From positions 4,816,778 to 4,880,777 of the forward strand of contig NC_134030.1 in the NCBI RefSeq assembly GCF_964204645.1: DNA of 64,000 nucleotides, written 5' to 3'. The position numbers and the translations under genes are program-made. The notes under the pieces were generated by a model. It worked only from the letters and a program-made list of their open reading frames with translations. It had not been told where the DNA came from and did no database searches. Position 1 is the first letter of the stretch. Each line of letters begins with the position of its first letter. Positions 1-13,811 of the stretch are shown here, in pieces. The stretch is from Tubulanus polymorphus. Taxonomy: Eukaryota; Animalia; Nemertea.

Positions 1-493
1 CGACGGTCGTAGCACCACTTTACAGAGCGTGTCTTCACGATGGTAACGTAGTGGTCGCTCTGATGGAAATGAACCGAGGAATAATTCCGACACACCCGCG
101 GCCGAACGCTAAGTGTGGCATCGGTGGACAAGTGGTAACGTTCAAATCCGACTTAGCTAAAGATCTTATCGACTTTAAGTACGCGAAGTCGATTCCTGAT
201 GTTGTTATCATAAAATCACCAAATGAAAATGTAGTTTATCCTCGTGATGATGGTGGATGTTTTATAGGTGTCGTTAGCGCCTTTGGTGACAACCATCAAG
301 GTAAACCAATGTATCTGAAATATATCATGTACCAAATATCAAGAATGCATTTACGTATGCCATGAATAATTCTACGTTTTTCTTCCACATTTCAGTTGCA
401 TTCAGAGAGTTTTTGCGCATTTCTAGAATGATTTTGAAACAACCTGAATACAGCCCTGCTGAGATCACTGATGGTGAAGGCACTTCTGATTGA
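1..493 (+). CDS. ATP-grasp ligase (L-amino-acid ligase/carnosine synthase-like), tandem copy 1, 5'-partial; exons <1-300 and 396-493
   Basis: Translation is closely similar to the C-terminal part of the 1347 and 3500 ORFs. A GT..AG intron at 301-395 (phase 1) sits at the same position as in the other copies. The last exon reads VAFREFLRISRMILKQPEYSPAEITDGEGTSD*. Confidence 0.85.
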
Positions 494-1346
494 CCCAAAC
501 TGTACTACACGATTGTCCTTCGATCACCCGCTCTACATTGCATTTCTACTACATGTAGCAGCTAATTTATTAACATTTTATTGGAAATATCTATGATGTT
601 TTTTTTTTGGTAAATAAGTAAATACATGTGATCGAATCAATGAATTCTCTAAGTTTAAATTATTGAATCTCTCTGATCTATTCATCATTTCGTTGCTGTG
701 TTAAACTTGATGGTTTCGTTGAATAAAGCGCTATGTTTTATGTTGCATTAATTCTGACTATGTCATAACGCTCGTGAGCCGCGCTGACCTCATTTAAGAG
801 CTTAATATGTATGCACAAAAATATATGAAACCGAGTTCGAGTTACATTGTGACTATCAAACCATCGCCCAGATAACAAACCGAACCGTAATAAATGAAAA
901 TTACTCTTTCTTGGCATAGTTTTTAATGTATTGATTATAAGGCTTTCTTTGCACAGGTCATAGTAAATTCAAGGTTTATTTAACCTACAATAAATTCAGA
1001 TAATACCGCACCTATGTTAGACATTGGTGGTATCTTCAAGTCAAGAAGTAAGTTTAACGTTTATTACCGATTGTTTCACTCTTGAATTGTTGTTTTCTTG
1101 CTCTAAGGAAGATATTTCTAGTTCGTTGGAAACCTAGATGATTTAATACCGTAACTTATGAAAGATTTATATTCCTTAAGTACAAGGACGAACGCAAACG
1201 TTGTTATATCGCCTTCTTACCTATAAATTCATATCGTTATTTGTAGAAAAAATCTGATCAACTGTCAATTACAAAAAGGTGCACTGTGTAATCACTTTCT
1301 AAGTCGGTTATTTACCGGTTTCAGATATCGTACGATATAGATTATC

Positions 1347-2681
1347 ATGGCAGCATCGATAAAAGTAGCGATCCTGTGCTCAGGAAGGGAGGGCGAGGCG
1401 TTTGCCGAGGGTATATTCGGAAATATTCCACAAGAAATGAAGACGGAAAATGCCACATTTGTCAATATCCTGCTGAAACCCGAGGAGAGTCTGCTAGAAT
1501 TTACGCTTCGATGTATAGAGCAAATAAAACGGGAAAACTTCGACTTTGTCATATCATTAACCGACAGTACAGCGGTAGTACACGCTAAAATCTCGTCCGT
1601 TTTGCCAAAGATTCCCGGTCCGTCGTTGGATTCGGTAATGGCGGCGTTTAACAAGATTCACGCACGCAAATACCTGATGAAAGATGGTGGAGGCGTGAGG
1701 TATACCCACTTAGACCTGAATGCTAGTCCGCAAGATATATCAGATGCCGTCAAACTGGTCGGTTTACCGGCGTTCATTAAGCCAGTGGCCTTGCAGTATT
1801 CAATCGGAGTGGAAAGAATTGACGACGAGAATGATATCAAACCATGTCTTCACATTATTAAAGAAATGGATATTCTATACCAGAATGATGTCACCGGCGT
1901 CTTCGAAATCATACCTGATGAAGATGGGGCCATATTGGAAGAATATATCGATTCAGAAGCAACAGCTTCAGTTGAAGGGTGCGTCGCGAACGGAAATATC
2001 ATTCATTGGTCAATAACAGACACATTGTTTTGGCCCAGCAGACCTAGTGCTGTTCTAGGATGCGCTTACCCGTCCAAATTCCCTCGAGATCTTCAAGATA
2101 AATTATGGCGCGAATTTGATGATATTGTCGGGCGTATGATTGAACTAGGATTCGACAACCAATTCGTCCACGTTGAAATGTTTATCATGGCCGATAATTC
2201 GATCAAAATAATCGAAATCAACCATCGTTTGTCAACGATCGTAGCGCCTCTTTACAGGGCGTGTCTTCACGATGGTAACGTAGGGGTCGCTCTGATGGAA
2301 ATGAACCGAGGAATAATTCCGAAACACCCGCGGCCGAACGGGAAGTGTGGTCTCGGTGGACCTCTGGTTATATTCAAATCAGGGGTAGCTAAAGATCTAA
2401 TCGACTTTGAATACGCTAAGTCTATTCCCGATGTTGTGATCATAAAATCACCGAATGAAAATATATTTTATCCTGGTGATGATGGTGGATGTGTCGTAGG
2501 TACAGTTGGTGTATTTGGAGAAAACCATGAAGGTAAATATATGTTATGTTGTTATATCAGACAAACATCAAGACGCGGATAATTCTATCTATTTCTGGTT
2601 ATTGCAGATACATTCAACAAATTTTTGCGCATTTCGAGACGAATTTTGAAACATCCGGAATACAGCCCCGCTCACTGGTAG
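1347..2681 (+). CDS. ATP-grasp ligase, tandem copy 2; exons 1347-2532 and 2608-2681
   Basis: ATP-grasp motifs FIKP..S.GV, ILEEYI, HVEMF and IIEINHRL. Phase-1 intron at 2533-2607; last exon DTFNKFLRISRRILKHPEYSPAHW*. Probable 5'UTR intron (donor ~1048, acceptor 1324). Confidence 0.85.
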
Positions 2682-2930
2682 TGATTATACACACCATCGC
2701 GTGTGATCGACCTCCACTCAATACTGTGGTTGGCCTTTCAACTTATTTTGCGTATGGCTGTACATTGTAAACTGTTGCCTCGCTTTGAACCAGGAAAAGA
2801 CGTTAGAATCGACTTCAGAATTATGTGTATGGTACTCATTATCCACTCCCAAATCTCGACGATACAAGCCTAGCTCAAATACGTTACAGATTGTGGACTC
2901 GGATTAAGCTTCGAGGGGTGCTGGTGTCAG

Positions 2931-3060
2931 TCGATGTGCACAACGTCATTAATATTAGCATTTCAAAATAACAATTACTAGTATGATTTTTGAAGTTAAC
3001 TTTTAATTAGATATATTTCATAAGTCTTATTTTCTAATCAATGATGTTCATGCCTTTTCA
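2931..3060. repeat. Dispersed ~125-bp AT-rich repeat, second copy at ~29675-29800
   Basis: Both sites share tcgatgtgcac...aatatt...tttcaaaataacaattac...atga.tttt...atata.ttcataa.tc.tatttt. Confidence 0.6.
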
Positions 3061-3499
3061 GAAATATTTCACTATAACCCAATGTGTTATTCTTTAAGGC
3101 TTCTAGTTAGCTTTTTTGTTTACGAGTACCATAATTGATAGCAATTAAGTATAGGCTTGTATATGATGCCAGCGTATTTGAAGTGCTTTCGCCCTGACGT
3201 CGTGGCAATCTTTTTTTAAACCGGTTTGTTATTCTGAATATACTGCGCAACATGCCGTATATAATGCATAATGCATAATGCATAATGCATTCACCAGTGC
3301 GCATGTGAAAACGTGTAAAAAAAATTGTCACAAAGGTATTGTCTAGTGCATCAAATATTTGATATACCAGGTAAGCTTAGCTTATGTGAAACATCCGAAA
3401 ACAAGAAACATAAACAAAATCACTTTACTACCAATTGCTGATTTATCACTTTTATCAAAGCTTCAAATGATACTCTAATTTGTTTGTTTTAGATAACAT

Positions 3500-4877
3500 A
3501 TGGCAGAAAGAATTATGGCGGCACCATTGGCAAGAATAGCACTTCTCTGTTCAGGACGGGATGGAGAGGCATTTGCTGAAGATATAGTTGGTAACATTCC
3601 TCAAGAAATGAAGACGGAAAATGTTATATTTGTCACCATCATGCTGAAACCCGAGGAGAGTCTGCTAGAATTTACGCTACGATGTATAGAGCAAATAAAA
3701 CGAGAAAACTTCGACTTCGTCATATCATTAACCGACAGTACAGTGGTAGTACACGCTAAAATCTCGTCCGTTTTGCCAAAGATTCCCGGTCCGTCGTTGG
3801 ATTCGGTAATGGCGGCGTTTAACAAGATTCACGCACGCAAATTCCTAATGAAAGATGGTGGAGGCGTGAGGTATACCCACTTAGACCTGAATGCTAGTCC
3901 GCAAGATATATCAGATGCCGTCAAACTGGTCGGTTTACCGGCGTTCATTAAGCCTGTGGCCTTGCAGTATTCAATCGGAGTGGAAAGAATTGACAACGAG
4001 AATGATATCAAACCATGTCTTCACATCATTAAAGAAATGGATATTCTATACCAGAAAAATGATGTCACCGGCGTCTTCGAAATCATACCTGATGAAGATG
4101 GGGCCATATTGGAACAATATATCGATTCAGAAGCAATGGCTACAGTTGAAGGGTGTGTCGCTAACGGAAATATCATTCATTGGTCAATAACAGATACGTT
4201 GTTTTGGCCTTGCAGAAGCGCTGTTCTAGGATGCGCTTACCCGTCCAAATTCCCTCGAGATCTTCAAGATAAATTATGGCGTGAATTTGATGATATTGTC
4301 GGGCGTATGATTGAACTAGGATTCGACAACCAATTCGTGCACGTTGAAATATTCATCATGGCCGATAATTCGATCAAAATAATCGAAATCAACCATCGTT
4401 TGTCGACAGTCGTAGCGCCACTTTACAGAGCGTGTCTTCACGATGGTAACGTAGGGGTCGCTCTGATGGAAATGAACCGAGGAACAATTCCGAAACACCC
4501 GCGGCCGAACGGGAAATGTGGTCTCGGTGGACTTCTGGTTATGTTTAAATCGGGGGTAGCTAAAGATCTAATCGACTTTGAATACGCGAAGTCGATTCCC
4601 GATGTTGTGATCATAAAATCGCCGAATGAAAATATATTTTATCCTGGTGACGATGGTGGATGTGTCGTTGGTACGGTTTGTGTCGTTGGTGACAACCATG
4701 AAGGTAGGCTATAATGTGTATTATTAATCCAACATCAAGATGTATTCACATGCGGATTCATGTAATTCTATTCATTTCATCTACATTACAGATACATTAG
4801 AAGAATTTTTGCGCATTTCGAGACGAATTCTGAAACATCAGGAAAACAGCCCCGCTCAGCTCGGTGATGACCTTTGA
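3500..4877 (+). CDS. ATP-grasp ligase, tandem copy 3; exons 3500-4703 and 4792-4877
   Basis: Same motifs as copy 2. Intron at 4704-4791; last exon DTLEEFLRISRRILKHQENSPAQLGDDL*. Probable 5'UTR intron 3371-3492. Confidence 0.85.
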
Positions 4878-5581
4878 TACACACCGCCGCTCATGGATTG
4901 ACCTCCGTTCAATACTGTGATAGTGTCCTTTTTTTCATATTTTTTCGTGCAGATAGTTCATTATGATTCTGGCCGAAACAAATGCCAGACATCTTACAGA
5001 TACATTACGGATGCCTTTCCGTCAATTAAATTCATCTTGTTTCGTATAATTACTGATTTGATACTGTACTTTTGATAGCAATACTGTAAAATAATATCTC
5101 AATTAATACATTAGAATTGGTTGTGTCATCCTGTATTCGTTGTGTCAACACAAAAAATATACATATTTAAATGATGTAATCGTCGTATTATGTTTATAAT
5201 GATTTATTTTTCACTTAAAGATAGTTTAGATGAAATGAAAAATGTAAGTGCTGAATAAAGTGATTCTTCCAATAAATCGTTGAGATAAAATCTCAACGTT
5301 TTCGTGGACACATGTCTCATCCCACGAGGCACCTTCACCAAGAACCTTAGTGTCTGTTGTACCACAGTGTCTGGGTACACTAGGATCGTAGAGCGACGGA
5401 GATCACTGTGGAGACTGGACACCCACACTACAGGACTGGGTGAACAAATGCCTTGCATGTGCATTTCTGCAGCGATTCAGTGGTCAGGGAATTTTCAGTG
5501 TGATCATTATAATGAACATTTCTACCTGGGAAGGCAGTGAACTTCTTCTAGGAGTAATTCTATTCCGGCTGTTCTCAAAAC

Positions 5582-5727
5582 TTGACCGTCAAAGGCTGCC
5601 CCTATAGATAACAGTAGCGGTTATCATGTGAACTATGCCCGCAATATACCTTCTGCGGAATGTGAGTAAAGTTAGTTCGCATATTCACCGTCAACGATAT
5701 ATTTTGGGGCAGCACTTGATGGGTTAA
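5582..5727 (-). mobile_element. piggyBac-type MITE (degenerate), same family as 28371-28528 in the opposite orientation
   Basis: Ends ttga-CCGTCAAAGGCTGCCC ... GGGCAGCACTTGATGGG-ttaa. The internal gttagttcgcatattcaccgt is the reverse complement of the interior of the 28.4-kb copy. Confidence 0.65.
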
Positions 5728-6496
5728 ATCTCGATGCTTCTACTGTGGCACGTGAATAATAGTCCCATTAAGTATTTGTTCTGTTTAAACATAGAACTAT
5801 AACAGAATAGTTCTATGGTTTAATGAAGCACCTTAATTAGTTAACTATGACAATTGATGATCAATGTTGATAACAAAGATGAAGTGGCGCTATCGTACGG
5901 GCGGGTCGAGCGAACCCAAATAAAATGGCTGCCCCCATGACAAATTTTCCTCGGGTTTTGGCGAAACGTTCTCATTACATGCATAGTTCCTACGTTGAAG
6001 ATAACTGAAGGGTAAACACTGAGTAAACAACATACAAAGTTCGATTCTTTCAAAAGTTTGAAACTGACACGAATGCAATATTTAAGTTGAAATTGAATTT
6101 TTGTTGGAAGGCGCCTACGAGTACGACTAATTTAATTTAAATTATTTATTTTACCAAACCTCTATCTACGCCGAGTGATGAAGGTTCGTTAGTTCAATGT
6201 TCTATTATTGTCCTTCATTATTATTAAACATTTAACCAAGCAGCAATTAATTACTTACACTAATGGTCTAAGAGTAAGAGAGTGGCATCATAGATATATT
6301 TAGGGTAAACTATTTATCACTGAACTAGGGCCTAGATAACGTTTATTTAGACGCTCAGCCTATTTTTATGACATAGATGAACGACACCAGCTATATTTAC
6401 GATGTTTCATTCTGATTGGCTAATTCACTTTGCGCATGTGCACTGGAGTGCACGAATTCGAAGAAAGTTCGGAGAACAGAGTGAGAGAAAATAGAG

Positions 6497-6570
6497 CGGA
6501 TCGAGCGAGACTCTAACCTGGGCCAGTAAATTACTAGCGCAGCATCATACCACTAGACCGCCAAACTCGC
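6497..6570 (-). mobile_element. tRNA-derived SINE-like head, adjacent to degenerate CCCTAA-like repeats (6610-6730)
   Basis: Minus strand reads TGGCGGTCTAGTGG (A-box-like) ... CCCAGGTTAGAGTC (degenerate B-box). No intact cloverleaf. Confidence 0.4.
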
Positions 6571-6901
6571 TGAAAACCAACCGGATGTTTTAACTAGGCC
6601 TACATATAGCCTCACCTTACCCTAACCCTATCCCTAGTTGTGTGAAACAGAACCCTAATCCTAACCCTCTGGACCTCTTCTCACCGTTTTGACACTAATC
6701 CTATCCCCTCAAAACCATAATCCTAAATTCAATATAAACGTAAAAATATAATTTACTACCGCTTTACGACGTCATAAAAATAGCCACTTCCTTAATTAGA
6801 TTGAAATGAATTGTAGTCTTACGTTATTTGTAGGTAAATTAGTCTCTCTTACGCTTAGCCTAACAAGAGAAGAGAGGCAAAGCTGAGCTGTGATAAACAG
6901 A

Positions 6902-9900
6902 ATGGCTTGCAAACGGAATGCTGAGTCGTCCATTGATGTCGATCCAGAATACGCCGATATTGCACAGCATCAAACCAAAAAACAGAAGACATTTGAAAAA
7001 GATGGTTTGTAACAATTATTATAATATTTGTTTGTCACCCTCTGGGCTTGTATTCAATTGGGTTGGATCCTGGGAACACAAAAAAAAATGAAAAGGGCAC
7101 TAAGGGCCTGCTGTTAAGCTTCGACACAGAGCGAAAGTAAAACCAAAACAGAGGCAGTGTTCTCCATGTGCTGGAATTTAGGTGCTGCATTTGTTGTTAA
7201 GAAAGTGTAGGCCTATGACATCGTGGCTGCTGAAGTAGCAAGGCTTTCAATACCCAAACACACAGTAACTTAAGCTTAATTGCGGTGTTAGATCTTCTAT
7301 TTTTGGTAGGGGCACCAGATATATTATGGGTGGCTGATTTTTAGAGGGGTGGATGTAGAAATGAAAGGGTCACCACTCTAAAACCTGTTGTTGTTGGGAG
7401 AGTCTGCAAAACTTAAGAATTTCATTCGATGCAATCCAATATTTTCAGGCACTTGAGCGACGTTTATGAGATTTTGAAACAAAAATCCTGTTTTACCAAC
7501 CTAATTTTGCGGTTGTTTTGTATCATGTTTTATTTTCAGCGAAGAAAGCGACGATTAAGAAAATCGAAACGATTATAAAACGACAGTTTTCAGAAGAAAT
7601 CTCGAACAAAGATAAGGAAATCATGGTTCTCGATGAGGTGATTTATCGATCATCATTCCGGCTAGCAATCTAAAAACAATTCAATTTATCCTAATCTTTC
7701 TGAGATTTCGGTCCCTTTTTTTTGTAGAAAATCCATCAAACGCGGTCGATGTTAGACAAATTAAGAGCGTGTTTAGCAGCGAAGTATTACAGTTCGAGCT
7801 CGACTGCGAACACGGTAAATCTGGTATGTTGTTGTAGGCTTATAGACGTGATAGATATTTTCCACTTTCTTTCAAGGGCCGATCTAGGATTATTTGAAGG
7901 GGTTGACCTGAAAATTGGAATATGGGCACTTAATTTGAAAATGGTAGATCCGGCAATGGGAGGGCTGCAAACATAGATGGTTATCCTGTTGCCCTCCCAC
8001 AGAAAATTAATGACAGAAAGGGGCTTTTCTAGGCCTAACCAGATCCCATTTGATTTGATATCTCGTCTATTTTAGTACACCCCCTAAATATGCCCTTGTC
8101 TTTTCCTTGTTGTATTTGCAGAATTGAAAGGAATGATTTTACAATACCATTGTCTCAGGATGAAATATCTATCACGTGTTATATTTCAGAAAAAAGCAAC
8201 CAGCAGCAACCCCCAACCGTCTATACACCCCGCGGTGAAAAAAACTATTGGTAAATACCCGTCTGACTTACTGCGACTATCACAGCCCGCGATGTCCGAT
8301 AGTCCAGATGTCAGTCGCAGTAACTCTCCGGCTCTTGACGTCACAACTTCGAGTAGATCTAGCAACCTACGGAAAACGGCTACCGCAACCTTGGCGACAG
8401 CGGCTGAGGCTATCGAGCACGAAAAACCTTCCGAAAAGGTAAAATTTTGTTTATTCTGAGTCGAATTGGTTGCTGGGACATCGTTGCAATTACCTGAAAC
8501 GTAATACAGTAGAACCTGCTTAATTCTGATCAATTGAGACCAATAAAATTCTATTAATTTATGATACATGATCTGAATTGAGTGGGTTTGAGGACTGTTC
8601 ATAATTGTAATTTTGTACACACATATATCAGAAAATTGCTGAAGAAATTAAGCCAGAAGTGAAGAAGTCTGTGAAACCGGAAGCAATAGCCGCTCGTGGA
8701 GGAAGGTTCAAAATCAAGAAGAGAATTATTGTTGGAAATGTGTCAAGGTAACGGAGGGCTTGATTAGCGACATTTAGAGACATCTCAGATGTGTTCCAAA
8801 CCTATTTTCAAAGATGAGATATGGCTATTAATTGTCCTGACATGATTTCATTCGGTGGAAAGTTCTGAAATGTTCATTTCCGTATATAGATATATTCCGA
8901 TCGAGAAACGAGATAAGAATGATCGTTCCACTCATAAGTGGATGGTCTACGTACGCGGACCGAGCGACCAGCCTAATATCGAAGGATTCGTCAAGAAAAT
9001 CTGGTTCTTTTTGCATCCGAGTTATAAACCGAATGATTTAGTGGAAGTCGCGTATGTAACTGCTTTTAATACCGGTATCGCTTTTCTTCAGTGAACTGTT
9101 TTGAATGTTATACTGATGATCAATTTTCCTATGTTTCAGATGTTATCCATTTCATTTGACACGTCGTGGCTGGGGAGAGTTTCCGATCCGCGTGCAACTT
9201 CATTTTCGCGATCCTCGCAATAAAAAGATCGACCTTATTCACAATATCAAAGTAAGCCTCTAGGGCAAGTTCCATAGTCGAAACTTGAGACCAAGAATGG
9301 TCTTAAAATCTTAAAACAGTCACTGTCTTAAATTGTTAGTTGGCTGTAGAACTAGTATGATCTTAGACTGGTCTAAGTCCCCTCACTAAAGTCATCACTA
9401 TTTTTGAGTCCCAATTTGTATTTCCAATTCAATTGACTTAAGTGTGAGTCATCAGTGATAAGTCTATTAAGATATGGATTGTTCGAACTACAACAACCTT
9501 AACATGAATTCAATCCGTGTCTTTTTTACTTGTTTCAGTTGGACAAAACATACACAGGGCTTCAAACACTCGGCGCTGAAACGGTAAACCTTGAAATTCC
9601 TATTTCAAAACATTCTGTAGAAGATTTTACGGGGAGCTCCTCACCTGGATGTCAGGGAATTTTGTAAATAAGCTAAAAAAATCTTGGGACAATTGCATGT
9701 CAGGGAATATTCAGGGAAGTTAGTCAAATAAAGTCGCCGCCCTGTTCTGAACAATAATAAGGGGTAATGGTATAATTTCAAGGGGTAATGTTTTCATTTA
9801 TAGGTCGTCGATATTGAACTTGAACGTGATGCGATTGAAGACATTCCGGTTCTAAGTGCCACCACTTCTTCCACTGGGACACCTATTAAAACCGATAATT

Positions 9901-11445
9901 CAACTACCGCCGCCGCCGGGAACAGCCAGACACCCGCGAAAAAACTCCTTGACTTGAACAACGTAGAAGACAATGATACAGTTACTATGAATACGACGTT
10001 AGCAGACGGGTTAAGCGTGCAGGAATACGTGGCCAAACACGGCAGTTTAACAGTGAAACATAACGCTAAAGTAGCAGCGTCTCCGAAACGCGCTCGAAGC
10101 CCGCGTAAAGCGAGCCCGAAACGCGCCGGCAAGAGTCCGACTAGAAATACGAGGATTAAAACTGAAATAGCTGAAACAAACGGAATGATCGTACAAAATG
10201 GAGCTACTGAAATTAAAACAGAGTTTACCACAATTAAACAGGAACCGGTTGATTGGACGAATTCGAATAGCGGAGCAGGTGATGCGCCATCTGTTGGGAA
10301 TTTATGTAAGCAATCGATTCCATTGAATAATGATTCAGTTAGTTTTACTCGAATCAAAACTGAGGTTGATTCAACTGAGGCCGTGGCGACCTCGTCTTAC
10401 ATCAGTTCAACAGCGCCGTCTACAGTTAACGCTATCAAACAGGAACCGTCGTCGATCCCCGCGCAGCCTCCGAAAATGGTTTACGTGAAATGTATCGATC
10501 CGCAAGGAAAAATGATTCTACTGCCGCAGCAGTTTCTGTCTCCGGCAGCGCTAGCAGCGGGTTCACATTCGAACATTCCGACAGTTCAGATTCCGACCGG
10601 CAACAAAACAGTAATCCCAAATACGGTCGTCAACAAACAACAAAAAGTCTTCCAACCGAAAATGACGAGTTTAAAGCCGTTAGTTTCGAATCGAATACGT
10701 CCGCCCGGCGCCGTGTCGTTATTGAACAGCGTGTCGCAATTATTCGTCGCGACGGACTCGGCAAAAAATACGCCGCCCGTCGCGTCGCCGAAAACCAGTC
10801 CGACCATTTCGTTGGTCGGTTCGAATAATAAAATGGCAAATAACGCAGCGAAATCAGAACCGACGAAGACTTTACTCGTCCAATCACCGACTAATAACAG
10901 CATTACGCTATCACTACCGCAATCAGCTGCTGCGGCGTCTAATATAACCCTCACCGTTCCCGTAGCGGTTCCCGGACAACCGAACAACGCGACTCCGCCG
11001 CGTATAGAGGGCGCCGGTCAGCAGGTGATACGCGCGAACATCGGCGGTAAATTAGTCTGGTTACAAATGAACACGACCAACAATCAATTGCAACGACATC
11101 CAGCGATGAACAGCACCTCGGCGAAAACGGCGCCCGAAATGACGACGACTAACGCCGCATTTCTATCGGCTCAACAGCCTGTTATTACTCAAACAACAGC
11201 CGCGAGTTCTCTTCTCATTCACCAGCAACTCGGTAATTCGACGCTTCGAGCGCAGCAGACGCTTAATCAATCAGTGGTGAACATGAATTCAAACAAAGGC
11301 GCCGGCCCGATGAAACTCGAGCAATTGATGAAATCGGCTCAACCGACGATAGCTAATAATACGCATCTAACATTTCAAGGAAGCAAACTCATCCCAACTG
11401 CGAATTTATCGAATAATAAATTGAAATCGAGCCTCGTTAAGAATA

Positions 11446-11476
<31 letters not shown>

Positions 11477-13811
11477 AGCGGATAAATCGATTACTGGCTG
11501 GAAGGCTAAACGATTAGCGGTCATTCACAAGACTCTGACTGATGGAAATAGACCTCCGCTGTGGCGTGATATTCGGTAAGTTTTCTCGAAGTCGATATTC
11601 TTTGCCCAAAATGTTGCAAATATTCCAAGGAAGATTCAAATCTTAAGAATTCTTTTGTGTTTTTTTATTTCTAAGATTGGAAAATATGACTGATGTAGTG
11701 TCATTGTTGAAAGCAGTCGTCAAGCAGTATCCCCTTGTAGCTGAGCAGCCATGTAAGTACTTTAAACAAATATCTCGTTGCTCCTATCGATGAACTGTAT
11801 GTACCGGTACTGAACAACGTGTTTTTGTTGAATTATTTTCTGCAGCCCGATCTCACTACCCGTACTGCGCTCCGTCGCGAGAAGAATTTTTATCGTGGAA
11901 CATCGGAAAGCGGCGAGCAGCTGAGGTAATGAATAATTCCCAAATGTTTTCCTATCTTTCCCGAATCATCAAACATGATATAGACTACCAGCGGATAGAC
12001 GATTATTCAAGAAATCTTCTTCAAACACCTATTGTCTGATTACATTAGATGATCATGCTTTTTATTCCAGTGGCAGCGAGCTTGTGACGTGCGTCAGAGA
12101 ATTGAACAACTATTGAACAATTCTAAAAAGTGGAAGGGTCAAAAGATCTGGACAACGAAAGCATTAGTCGCTTGGTGTCGCAATTATTTGTATACTCCGC
12201 TTGAACCGGGTGCGTTTAAAAGATTTCCTATACTATTAACTATGTCTTATCCAGGGGGGGTAAGAATGCAGGGTGGCCACTGACCTCGAAAAGAGAATTT
12301 GTGTTATAACATTAACTGTAAACATGGAAAACTCAGGCAATTTTTGTTCAAGTTGCCACCTGGAATGTTCATCCTTTCATCATGATATTTTTTCAGTTGC
12401 GAAGACATCCGGCAATAAACCTAATGAAAAGGAACCCCAGACTAGCGGTAATGATAAGTACCAGATAAGCAGTTGTACAGATTCGACTCCAATTGTGACG
12501 AGGATTGAATCTTCAGTCGTGAATTCTACGCTATCAAATTGCAACGATGATGTCGAAATAATAGATATTATTGGCATGGGTAGGTGTGAAAATGCATTTA
12601 CAAGATGGCAACAGGAAAACTAAAAAATCTAGAAAAAATCAGGGAAATTCTAAGAATTAGACAAAATGCGTGATAACTCAGGGAATTTGAATATGCTATT
12701 GACCACGCATTTCTTTATCAATACATGATTCATGAAAATGAATAGATTGTAGAATAGATTGAAGCATGAAATTGACCCTTTAAGATTTAGCCATTAAGAT
12801 TTAGCTCGAAGTTAAGACCCTCCAGTCATTGGTCATCCCCTAATTCATGCAGAGTTTCGCGGTTGTTCATTTCAGACAATCCGAAACAATGCGTTCAAGA
12901 AATTAAAATCGAAAAAGAAGAATCTGCAGATGATCCACAAGTCAATCCGGATATGATTTACATTTCACCAACATCGGAGGAAATATTCATCGAAGATCAT
13001 TTGAAAAAGGTAAGAATTTCTAGACATTAACACTTTGTGTGAATGTGTCTAACAAAATGTTAAAGCTTAATTTGTATCGATTTTATGTTGAATATAGATT
13101 GGTATTCAAACCGACGCAGTTGATATAGACTACGGAGTTCGAGGGCATTTAGTGGAGAAAATGATAGCGACTGTAAGTATTTACTGTGAAATAACGAATC
13201 TCCACTTTGGAATGAAAATTGAAATGATTCAATAGTTTCTAACATTCTTTTTTCAGGCAATGACAGAGTTCATGAGTGATTTGCTGCGACATACTGCGAA
13301 CAGTGTTTCTCAAGAAAAGAGGTATTTATGAACTACCTGTTGATTTTTCAAAGCCCTTTAAAAAGAGAAAAGCAAAATATACTGAATGATTGATAGACTG
13401 TGATGCCTTTGCTTTTAGTCATGGACAGCAACTAAGCACTCTTGCCATTTTCTGCTTTTTCTCACAATTATCTAAGGATCTTGATGTTCTGAAAATTTAG
13501 CGTGGAAAATCCAATCGGAACATGTTTTTAGAGGCAAAAGTAAAAACTCCACCATACACCACATGTAGACCACATCCACTCGAGCTCACCAGTTAGTTGC
13601 TGTAATAGCAAGCAGCAAGGAATCCTTGGTAAATTTGGTCGTTATCACTAACGTTCGATTTATTTATCGTTTCAGTTTCTGCGATGAAATCACCGCAATC
13701 GACCTTTACAAATCAATCGGCAAATATAAACAATTCGACTTCATTACAAATCGTAGTCTCGGTAAACCTCTCGATGATCTCGCCATCAATTTAGATACGA
13801 CTAAACGCTGA
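6902..13811 (+). CDS. YEATS2: YEATS domain-containing protein 2 (ATAC complex), ~17 coding exons
   Basis: N-terminus [38 protein letters not shown] domain [10 protein letters not shown]|[58 protein letters not shown], followed by a long low-complexity exon and C-terminal [14 protein letters not shown] and FDFITN motifs. Exons 6902-7004, 7540-7637, 7728-7814, 8190-8438, 8632-8747, 8890-9051, 9140-9251, 9539-9583, 9804-~11575, then eight more to the TGA at 13811. Confidence 0.93.
7873..8098. mobile_element. Intronic MITE with imperfect terminal inverted repeats (hAT-like)
   Basis: Left end CAAGGGCCGATCTAGG versus right-end reverse complement CAAGGGCATATTTAGG. Confidence 0.45.
11448..11477 (+). 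repeat. (CAG)9CAA coding polyglutamine tract (Q10) in YEATS2
   Basis: Read directly from the sequence; translates [16 protein letters not shown]. Confidence 0.95.

Noticed and set aside
5300-5510. ORFs 5204-5464 and 5304-5540 as genes
   Set aside because: Short and motif-less. The minus strand has a stop-interrupted CKAFVHPVL*CGCPV resembling a decayed LINE reverse-transcriptase tail, which is too weak to call.
6610-6730. Telomere or interstitial telomeric array
   Set aside because: Only a few scattered, degenerate CCCTAA units; more likely part of a repeat element.
9794-10987. Antisense and alternative-frame ORFs over YEATS2 (and similar ones over the ATP-grasp, methyltransferase, GPCR and Robo exons)
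   Set aside because: Shadow ORFs of real coding exons with no independent motifs.
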